DNA of 32,000 nucleotides, taken from Patescibacteria group bacterium (lineage in GTDB: Bacteria > Patescibacteriota > UBA1384 > XYA2-FULL-43-10). Within the stretch, counting starts at the first letter, position 1, and the number at the start of each line of letters is the position of its first letter. Location: positions 123,941 through 155,940 of the forward strand of contig JBAYVT010000002.1 of NCBI GenBank assembly GCA_041674405.1, written 5' to 3'. Made by a program: the position numbers and the translations under genes. This document shows, in pieces, positions 24,704-32,000 of this stretch. Below the pieces are notes generated by a model. That model saw nothing but the letters and a program-made list of their open reading frames with translations, was not told the origin of the DNA and did not search any database.

Positions 24704-27700
24704 TTAGGTAATTGATTTTTTCTTTAGTTCCAACTTTTTACGAAGTGCAGCCATATTATCTTGATTGGCAAATTCCACCGGATGATCAAGCTCATATCCC
24801 TCCTTCGCTGCAAAAATGTTATATTTGCCTTTCCTTAACATAGCAGAGAATTTTCCCTTTTGGTCCGAAACAGTAGTTCTGACTAGTTTGTGGCTGTCTG
24901 AATTCATCACCCGAATCAAGGTTAGAGGGACCGGCTCTCCGGTATTCGATTCAGCCACAATACTCCATGGCGAATTTCTAATGATGAAAGATGCGTTGAT
25001 AATCCAAAGCAAAAAGTATCCAACAACAATAACGTAATTTAAAAGAGTGTGCTCGTGTATGACGTTATTGGCCGCTAATATTGACCCGAGTGCAAGTAAT
25101 ACGAATGAAAAATATACAAAATATCTTTCTAATTTCCTAAACGATGCGACTAATTTTGCGATATTACCGAGCTTCTTTCCGTTGACGTTCATAATAATTG
25201 TGGGAACAATCAAACCTTCTTCGTAGCTCAAAACATTAAATATCTTTTTGGGGTCAAAGTTATAAAATTGGTCTTCAATAGATGCAACCGTGTGTTTTTC
25301 TTTGCTCGCAATGACACGATATTTGCCAGGTCCAGCAGCAAAACCATATACCCCGTCTTTATCAGTAAATGACGATTCTATGACTTTCTCAGTATCAGCA
25401 TCGTCCACCTTAACCAGGCTTACCTGAGCCAGATATAAGGGCATTCCTGTTCCATTTTCAATTACTCTTCCCCATTTTTTCTTCTTTCGTTTTAAAGTTC
25501 CAGCCGAAAGAATCGAGTAAGACAAAACATGATATATTTCATTCAGAGAAAACAGCGATGATGCTGTGGCCATCGGAGTCATTGCAGCTGCCATTCCAGC
25601 AGCACCCAGCGCTGCAGCTGAGGTTATTGGGGTCGCTGCTTGTTTAGATATCCCGACCGCTTGGTATATTTTTTCAATTTGTCCTGCAGTGGTATTAATG
25701 ACACCAGAAATTAACGTCGCACTCTTAACAATTCCATCGACTAAATTATTAATGATTGTATCGTTTTTTATAATAACGGTGGCGAAAGATTGGCTCTCAC
25801 CCACAGAGGCTTCAATTGTATTATTATATGTTCCAGTATCTGGTCCCGCAGTGAAAAATCCATTTTTATCGATTGCTCCGCCTCCATTTACCACTGACCA
25901 AACAATATTGACGTTGGATATTTCTTTGTTATCTAAAGTGAATGCTCGGGCTTTGAACTGAAGGGTTTCATTTGGCCCGATTGTGGCGGTTACCGGATCA
26001 ATGGCGATTGAAGCAATATTTGAAACAGGGCTATCTCCACCTTTTGGACTATCTGGAAGTGTTAAATTCTCTCCGGGCGATGAGAAAGAAGTTTCTATGC
26101 TATCTCCATTTTTTGCCTTAACCAGATAATCATATTGCGTGCCGACCAAAAGATTGTAATTAATAATGCCCGAACTTCCCCCCCACACGTTTCGCGTTTG
26201 CCAAACGGCGCTATTGCCCAGGGATCCATCAGCTTGCACATACTTTCCGGAAGTTTGATTATAGATAGCGTATTGGGTCGAAGGCGGATTGTTATTTGAG
26301 TTGATGATGATCTTTAAAGAATTACTAGATAATGCATTGACCATCGGTGCATTTGGTTGATTAGCCAGCGTGTAGAAAGGAGCAGTATATGATCCAGGCG
26401 AGTCATTACCAGAATTGGTTGCCGTAATTCTGGCGCAATATTGAGTATTAACACTTTTTCCTGAGATAAATTGCGAGGTCGTATTTGCACCCAAAGCATA
26501 ATCCGGGTAATCCGGATATGAGGCAAACTCGCAATTATCACTTGTGGCAGTTGAAATAAAGATATTAAAGCCAGTTTCGCTTGAAGAGTTATCGATCCAA
26601 TTCAGAGTGAAGAAAGTTGTGTCCACCCCTACAACCGAAGCCCCTGTGGGGGCAGCAGGGGTCGCTTCGCAGATCGTAGATGAACCAATCTGCCAGCCAA
26701 TATTACCCCCCACATCAATAGAATAGTTTGCACAGAATTGGATTCCTGAATTAGTTGATTGAGAAATTGAAGCGTGAGAAACTACGGCTTTCGCCGGATT
26801 TATTATCCAATTTCCTGAACTGCCAGACCCTCGTAGATTAATATTGTGGCCACTAGACCCAGAAATACTCCATGTGCCGGTAATTGTTTGGGTTGAGCCG
26901 GCTGAAAAAGATATGGTCTTTCCACCCGTAACGGCCGTGAGATTGTTGAAAGTGGTATTTCCCTGAATCAGAGAATCGCCATTCAAAGTTACTGTCCCGT
27001 TGCCGGGAGTGAACGTGCCACCATTATTGTTCCAGCCGCCCGAAAGATTAATGTTTGAGGGAGCGTTAAAGTTCGCATTACTCTTTAATGTAAAATTTCC
27101 GCCTATGTTAATTGTTGGATTATTTGCCAATCCGTCAACAGTGGTTTGATTAGCGCCATCACCAATCTGAAAATCGTTAGCGATATTAAACGTACCATTT
27201 GATAAAGTTAAAACTTTTGGATCGGCAAAAACTTGTCGAGCAAATCCTGTGGAATCTCCCATTGAAATATAGGGGTTGCTAACCGGGTAGGTACCGAGAA
27301 TTGCCCCTGTTGTTCCACTTAACTCCTTAATATTATTTGTATTGACCACCCAAGCATTGCCATTTTGGTCGATTGAGATACCATTTGGCCAACCATCTCC
27401 GTTAGCAAAGGTGCCAACAATATATGTACCCAGGACAGCACCGGTTGAGCCATTTAGCTTGCTCACGCTGTTGTCATAATGATTAGTGACCCAAACATTC
27501 CCAGATTGGTCAATGGCTATTCCATAGGGGTTTCCATGAACGGAATATGTACCTATAGTGGCGTTCGTCGAACCGTTAATTTTAGTAACGCTGTAATTGT
27601 CCCAGTTTCCTACCCAAGCATTACCGCTGCTATCGACTGCAATGCCCATTGGCCTGCTGCCAACCGCATGGGTAAAGATGGTTGCACCGGTCGTGCCATT

Positions 27701-30700
27701 CAGCTTCATAACATTATTACTTCCAGTATTTGCAACCCAGACGTTCCCGTCTCGATCAATTGCAATACCTTCAGGATTAATACCCACACCATATGTGCCG
27801 ATGGTTGCACCGGTCGCGCCACTTAGCTTGGTAACACTGCTGCCACCAGTATTAGTAACCCAAATATTCCCACTGCCATCGACTGCCACCCCCCAAGGAG
27901 CATTGCCAGTCGGGTATGTACCAATAGCAGTGCCTGTAGCTCCGTTAATCTTTGAAACGCTATTTGCCCAGTAATTCGCCACCCATAAATTATTATGACC
28001 ATCCACTGCGAGACCATAGCATGGGCTTTCTGACACCGGATACGAACCGACGGTTGATCCATTTGTGGTGTCAATTTTGGTAATTTTTGAATCGCTATTT
28101 ACAACCCAGACATATGGCGTAACAGCGGGATCGACCAATTGCAAGTTGTAATAGTCAGCTGCAGTAATATTAGTTTTATCGAAAACGTGATAAATAAACG
28201 TCGATGTGGAGGCAAGAAAAGTTCCATTGATAATAAATGGAGTTCCCGAACCCATCAGCGTGATGGTTTTATTTGATGCGTCAAAGGTGCCGGAATTTAT
28301 GGTTAGAGTTCCAATTGCAGTAATATCGCCCACAGCAGTGTATGTCGTTCCTGAATGATCGAGATAAAGGTTAAAGTATGTTGTGGCTGCTATGTTGGTT
28401 GCATTACTGCCGGAATATTTGAAAGTTGAGGTGCCGGGATCAAAAGTATCGTTTATAATAAATGGAAGGTTGGATCCTGAAAGCGTGATAGTTTTATCCA
28501 GCGCTGAAAAATTGCCTGTATTAATCGTTAGCACATTGCCAACATTAATATCGCCCAAGGCCGAGAAAATTGTGGCTGTATGATCAAGATAAAGATTAAA
28601 ATAGTTCGTCGGGGTGACATTGGTTGCCGATGATCCAGTATATTTAATCGTTGAGGTCGAAGGGGTAAAAGTTCCGGTTTTAACAAATGGCGTTGCCGAA
28701 CCTGTTAAATTGATTGTTCTATTAGATGCGTCAAAGGTGCCGGAATTGATTGTCAAAATATTGGATATTGTGATATCTCCAGCGGCAACAAAGGTTTCTG
28801 AGGCATTATCCAAATACAAGTTAAAGTAAGTCGTCGGAGCTACATCAATGTTGTGGTCGGGATAATTCCCCGTGTATTTGAAAGTAGAGGTAGAAGGATT
28901 TAATATTCCAGAGACTACAAGCGGGCCAGAAACACCCCCCGAAAGGGTAATCGTTCTCGAGAGAGCATTGAACGTTCCTGTGTTTATGGTGAAGATATTT
29001 GAGACAGCCATATCTCCTGCCGCCGAGAAAATGCTGCCCACATGGTCTATGTATAGATTATAGTAGGATGCCGCAACAACATTAACGGATAAATCGCCGG
29101 TGTATTTGAAAGTAGAGGTAGAAGATGTAAAAGTACCGGTAATTACCATCGGCGTATTCGGGCCAGACAATGTGATGGTCTTATTCGATGCGTCAAAAGT
29201 GCCAGAATTGATTGTCAAAACATTTGATGCGGAAATGTCACCGGCGGCAGCAAAGGTCGTTCCTGTGTGATCCAGATAAAGATTATAGAAATTTGTCCCA
29301 GTAATATTCGTGGCACTGGTTCCGGTATATTTGAAAGTAGAAGTAGATGGAGTAAGAATCCCGCTAACAATTAGCGGAGTGCCACTTCCCGACAGTGTGA
29401 TCGTTCTGTTTGAAGCATCAAATGTGCCTGCATTTATAGTAAATATATTTGATGCGGAAATGTCGCCTGCCGCTGTAAAGGTCGTTCCTGTATGGTCAAA
29501 ATAAAGATTATTGTAAGTCGATGCTGTGACATTTGTAGCCAAATTACCACTATATTTGATGGTGGAAGTTGAAGGAGTAAAAGTGCCAGTTTTAACAAAT
29601 GGCGTACCGCTCCCTGCAAGCGTAATGGTCTTGTTGGAGGCATCGAAGATACCGGAGTTTATTGTAAAAATTCCAGTACAGGTAAAATCACCTGCCGCAG
29701 TAAAGGTATTGCCAAAACGATCAAGATAAAGATTATGGTAGGTAGTAGCCGCAATATTCGTTGCGCTAGTTCCCGTATATTTAAAAGTCGATGTTCCCTG
29801 AGAAAAGGTGCCATTGACAATAAAAGGTGCAGTTGAGCCAGCTAAAATAATTGTCTTGTCAGAAGCATCAAACGTACCAGCATTGATCGTGAAAACTCCA
29901 TTTACGTTGATGTTTCCCGCGGCAGTAAAGGTAGTGCCAGTATGATCGGTATAAAGATTGTAATAAGTTGCAGCCGCAATATTGGTAGCGCTGGTTCCTT
30001 GAAACTTAACTGTGGAGGTGCCATATGTGAACGTACCAGTTTTTAGGAGTGGATCTCCAGAACCGGTTAACACTAGTGTTGTATTATCTAGATTAACAAT
30101 CGCAGAGGCTAGAATCACTAGGTTCGGCATGGTTGAAGTTTTTGCAAAAACTGAATTCGGCCTCCAGGTATTTGATGGAAGAACGATAAGTTTTTGATCG
30201 GAGTCAAATTGCGTTCCTTGGGCTGGCAAGGTAAGATTAACGGTCGAATCGTCGACGTCGAAAAAGATGTTTTCGTTGCCAGAAACAGAATTGTCATAAG
30301 CCGCAATATCCGCATTCGACAAAATCTGATGGTCGTCAGAACCGATTGTTAAATGTTTTTCGAAAAGATCGCACCCAGTCATATCCCCTGTGCCATCGTA
30401 CTTGGTGACCAAATTCGCTTCATGGGCGTCAGCTACACTATCAATAAAAATAGTTACGGCATCACCAGGATTGGGTTGGGTGACCCCAGTGATTAACCAG
30501 GATCCACCCGATGTGATTCCGGTTTGGCCGACCAGAGCATTGTTCACGGCCATTTTTACAATTTCACCATCAGGGACATTCGTCACCTCATCATACTCTT
30601 TAGCATCGCCGGAAACATTTACTATTCCGGCAACACATGTGTCACCCGCACCAATATTCCATCCGACATTACCCCCTCCATCATTTGAATATGTAGCGCA

Positions 30701-32000
30701 GAAAGCTGTTCCAGCATTGGTTGACCCGGAAACATCAACGTAAGTTACAGCTGTAATTACCGTCGGAGTAATGATCCAGTTAGCATCGGAGGTCGGCGCA
30801 AGAGTAATAAGACCACCACTAGTCCCAGCAATATTTATGGTATTGAATGTATATGTAGAGCCAGAACTAAAGGTAATCGTGGAGGGAGAAGTAGTATTCG
30901 TAAAAATACCGCTTGCCGCTGCATTACCGGTAAAAATAAAATTAGTAGCAGCATGATCTAAAGTTAAATTTTTGTAAGATTGGCTGGAGATATTTACACT
31001 ATCAGCGCCAGTGTATTTTACGGTCGAGGTTGAGGCGGTGAACGACCCAGCAACAGCAAACGGCGTACCCGATCCGGATAAGGTGATGGTCCTGGTTGAA
31101 CCATGAAAGGTTGTTCCTGCTGTAACCGTTAGTACCCCCGAAACTGTCATGTCACCCGCTGCGATAAAATATGTGCCTGAATGATCCAATAGCAGATTAA
31201 AGTAATTGGTCCCTGTGACATTAGTTGTTGAGGCCTGTGTGTATCTAAAGGTGGAAGCCGAAGGAATAACACTACCGTTAACCACGAACGGTGAGGTTGA
31301 AGTAGTAAAACTCCAAATGGTGTTGCCAGCATCTAACGTTTGGCTTGCCGCGACAGTCATGACGCCACTTATACTAATATTATTCGATCCAATTTTGGTT
31401 GTGGTAGTTGTTCCGGAACCATCACCAAAAACCAAATTCACAAAGGTCCAGTCGGTACTGCCACCAAAATTTCCAGTGCCATCTACGCGAAAAGTACCAG
31501 TAAAAGTAATGGTGCCATCCCCTGATATGTCACCACCATTGATATAGAAAGTACCTCCACCGATTAATGTACCTGCAGTTGCCGTAAAATCACCATTGAG
31601 AGTGATTGAGCCGCTTATAGAGTAAGTTTCAGCAGCATTATTGATCTGAAGATTATTGTACGTAGTAGCAGCAATAGTTATATTGCCTGACGCGTAATTT
31701 CCCGAATAGATGAATGTTGATGTACTCGGGGTGAAGGTGCCTGTTTTAACAAATGGCGTACCGGTAGTGCCGGATAAATTAATCGTATAATTCGAAGCAT
31801 CAAGTGCAGCTCCAGAACTAATAGTCAAGACGCCAGAAATTGTAGTATCAGAAGCCATTGTGGCTACCGCTGAACTAGTTGTCGAAATCTTCAAATTGTA
31901 ATAAGACACAGCTGAAACGGTTTGGCCTGAAGTACCGGTGTATTCGATAGTTAGGTTCGTATACGTCTTATTGGCAATTGAGTATTGGGTTAGGAAATCA
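24704..32000 (-). CDS. giant repeat-rich cell-surface protein, paralog of the downstream gene (more than 2431 aa; N-terminus outside window)
   Basis: The listed GTG at 31909 is not the true start. The frame stays open to base 32000, reading ...IEYTGTSGQTVSAVSYYNLKI, which continues the repeat. The domain order matches the 4058-aa protein, and its stop lies 15 nt before that gene's ATG. Confidence 0.9.
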   Translation of the reverse strand, partial: DFLTQYSIANKTYTNLTIEYTGTSGQTVSAVSYYNLKISTTSSAVATMASDTTISGVLTISSGAALDASNYTINLSGTTGTPFVKTGTFTPSTSTFIYSGNYASGNITIAATTYNNLQINNAAETYSISGSITLNGDFTATAGTLIGGGTFYINGGDISGDGTITFTGTFRVDGTGNFGGSTDWTFVNLVFGDGSGTTTTTKIGSNNISISGVMTVAASQTLDAGNTIWSFTTSTSPFVVNGSVIPSASTFRYTQASTTNVTGTNYFNLLLDHSGTYFIAAGDMTVSGVLTVTAGTTFHGSTRTITLSGSGTPFAVAGSFTASTSTVKYTGADSVNISSQSYKNLTLDHAATNFIFTGNAAASGIFTNTTSPSTITFSSGSTYTFNTINIAGTSGGLITLAPTSDANWIITPTVITAVTYVDVSGSTNAGTAFCATYSNDGGGNVGWNIGAGDTCVAGIVNVSGDAKEYDEVTNVPDGEIVKMAVNNALVGQTGITSGGSWLITGVTQPNPGDAVTIFIDSVADAHEANLVTKYDGTGDMTGCDLFEKHLTIGSDDHQILSNADIAAYDNSVSGNENIFFDVDDSTVNLTLPAQGTQFDSDQKLIVLPSNTWRPNSVFAKTSTMPNLVILASAIVNLDNTTLVLTGSGDPLLKTGTFTYGTSTVKFQGTSATNIAAATYYNLYTDHTGTTFTAAGNINVNGVFTINAGTFDASDKTIILAGSTAPFIVNGTFSQGTSTFKYTGTSATNIAATTYHNLYLDRFGNTFTAAGDFTCTGIFTINSGIFDASNKTITLAGSGTPFVKTGTFTPSTSTIKYSGNLATNVTASTYNNLYFDHTGTTFTAAGDISASNIFTINAGTFDASNRTITLSGSGTPLIVSGILTPSTSTFKYTGTSATNITGTNFYNLYLDHTGTTFAAAGDISASNVLTINSGTFDASNKTITLSGPNTPMVITGTFTSSTSTFKYTGDLSVNVVAASYYNLYIDHVGSIFSAAGDMAVSNIFTINTGTFNALSRTITLSGGVSGPLVVSGILNPSTSTFKYTGNYPDHNIDVAPTTYFNLYLDNASETFVAAGDITISNILTINSGTFDASNRTINLTGSATPFVKTGTFTPSTSTIKYTGSSATNVTPTNYFNLYLDHTATIFSALGDINVGNVLTINTGNFSALDKTITLSGSNLPFIINDTFDPGTSTFKYSGSNATNIAATTYFNLYLDHSGTTYTAVGDITAIGTLTINSGTFDASNKTITLMGSGTPFIINGTFLASTSTFIYHVFDKTNITAADYYNLQLVDPAVTPYVWVVNSDSKITKIDTTNGSTVGSYPVSESPCYGLAVDGHNNLWVANYWANSVSKINGATGTAIGTYPTGNAPWGVAVDGSGNIWVTNTGGSSVTKLSGATGATIGTYGVGINPEGIAIDRDGNVWVANTGSNNVMKLNGTTGATIFTHAVGSRPMGIAVDSSGNAWVGNWDNYSVTKINGSTNATIGTYSVHGNPYGIAIDQSGNVWVTNHYDNSVSKLNGSTGAVLGTYIVGTFANGDGWPNGISIDQNGNAWVVNTNNIKELSGTTGAILGTYPVSNPYISMGDSTGFARQVFADPKVLTLSNGTFNIANDFQIGDGANQTTVDGLANNPTINIGGNFTLKSNANFNAPSNINLSGGWNNNGGTFTPGNGTVTLNGDSLIQGNTTFNNLTAVTGGKTISFSAGSTQTITGTWSISGSSGHNINLRGSGSSGNWIINPAKAVVSHASISQSTNSGIQFCANYSIDVGGNIGWQIGSSTICEATPAAPTGASVVGVDTTFFTLNWIDNSSSETGFNIFISTATSDNCEFASYPDYPDYALGANTTSQFISGKSVNTQYCARITATNSGNDSPGSYTAPFYTLANQPNAPMVNALSSNSLKIIINSNNNPPSTQYAIYNQTSGKYVQADGSLGNSAVWQTRNVWGGSSGIINYNLLVGTQYDYLVKAKNGDSIETSFSSPGENLTLPDSPKGGDSPVSNIASIAIDPVTATIGPNETLQFKARAFTLDNKEISNVNIVWSVVNGGGAIDKNGFFTAGPDTGTYNNTIEASVGESQSFATVIIKNDTIINNLVDGIVKSATLISGVINTTAGQIEKIYQAVGISKQAATPITSAAALGAAGMAAAMTPMATASSLFSLNEIYHVLSYSILSAGTLKRKKKKWGRVIENGTGMPLYLAQVSLVKVDDADTEKVIESSFTDKDGVYGFAAGPGKYRVIASKEKHTVASIEDQFYNFDPKKIFNVLSYEEGLIVPTIIMNVNGKKLGNIAKLVASFRKLERYFVYFSFVLLALGSILAANNVIHEHTLLNYVIVVGYFLLWIINASFIIRNSPWSIVAESNTGEPVPLTLIRVMNSDSHKLVRTTVSDQKGKFSAMLRKGKYNIFAAKEGYELDHPVEFANQDNMAALRKKLELKKKSIT
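24707..25700 (-). other. paralogous C-terminal membrane module of the second giant protein
   Basis: Same order and motifs: KRKKKKWG, GMPLYLAQVSLVKV...TDKDGVYGF...GKYRVIASKEKH, two TM helices, then GEPVPLTLIRVM...SDQKGKFSA...GKYNIFAAKEGY. It appears more than half identical to 12515-13560 by eye. Confidence 0.6.
27245..28125 (-). other. beta-propeller region (same blade family) within the second giant protein
   Basis: Blades follow GNxWVxNxxxNSVxKxNGxTGAxIGTYPxGxxPxGIAxDxxGN, running from PYVWVVNSDSK to NPYISMGDSTGF. Confidence 0.65.
28145..30060 (-). repeat. coding tandem array of the same 75-aa repeat in the second giant gene, about 8-9 units
   Basis: Nine Y(Y/F/H/N)NL(Y/Q) motifs lie between the CKQYDE-like module and the propeller. 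The Asn codons at 28145 and 28370 are exactly 225 nt apart. Further degenerate units lie at about 30960-32000. Confidence 0.8.

Noticed and set aside
12615-31547. Many 60-170-aa plus-strand ORFs inside the giant genes, for example 15357-15872, 17448-17939, 20685-20936, 27479-27974 and 31206-31547.
   Set aside because: They are antisense shadow frames of long Thr/Gly/Asn/Val-rich coding repeats. Their similarity to each other only mirrors the sense-strand repeats, and they lack independent start signals.
16690-31900. Regular 225-bp periodicity considered as a possible CRISPR or satellite array.
   Set aside because: The period is far too long for CRISPR and there is no repeat/unique-spacer alternation. 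The repeats lie in frame within uninterrupted ORFs and are conserved at the amino-acid level rather than the nucleotide level.
1-32000. Alternative genetic code (UGA reassignment, as in some candidate phyla).
   Set aside because: All housekeeping genes and both giant ORFs are intact under the standard bacterial code. TGA is used as a stop that fits gene boundaries (2305-2307 and 12198-12200).

Overview
This is an AT-rich bacterial chromosome segment; hand-counted 60-nt lines give about 23-45% GC. Its streamlined housekeeping genes and giant surface proteins resemble an ultra-small or episymbiotic lineage such as CPR/Patescibacteria, but that is inference only. Bases 1-7114 hold an ABC exporter ATPase/permease pair, a membrane-anchored TPR-like protein, two tiny ORFs, an HD hydrolase, a SAM methyltransferase, tRNA-Leu(UAG), ComEA and RecG. 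Bases 7133-8375 form a GC-rich island (about 63-68% GC in sampled lines) with no convincing long ORF. It resolves into three plus-strand units, each with a near-consensus sigma70 promoter and a hairpin terminator. Two of the units carry strong Shine-Dalgarno sites ahead of very small ORFs, one encoding a 20-aa purely hydrophobic peptide. I regard this island as the best candidate for something undescribed, either structured RNAs or small-protein/toxin-like genes. Bases 8427-12422 are a minus-strand run of mnmA, folD, iscU and iscS, led by an orphan Phd/YefM-like antitoxin gene whose stop overlaps the iscS start. Bases 12512-32000, 61% of the window, are two tandem paralogous giant minus-strand genes of 4058 aa and more than 2431 aa; the second runs off the window. 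Both encode proteins with membrane anchors, a 75-aa (225-bp) repeat, beta-propeller blades, FN3 and Big_2-like domains, and a conserved multi-TM C-terminal module with two carboxypeptidase-regulatory-like domains. Smaller oddities are a 45-nt GC-rich palindrome inserted in frame in recG with a sibling copy at 2275-2304, and heptamer tandem duplications filling many intergenic spacers. No CRISPR array, transposase, integrase or rRNA was seen.
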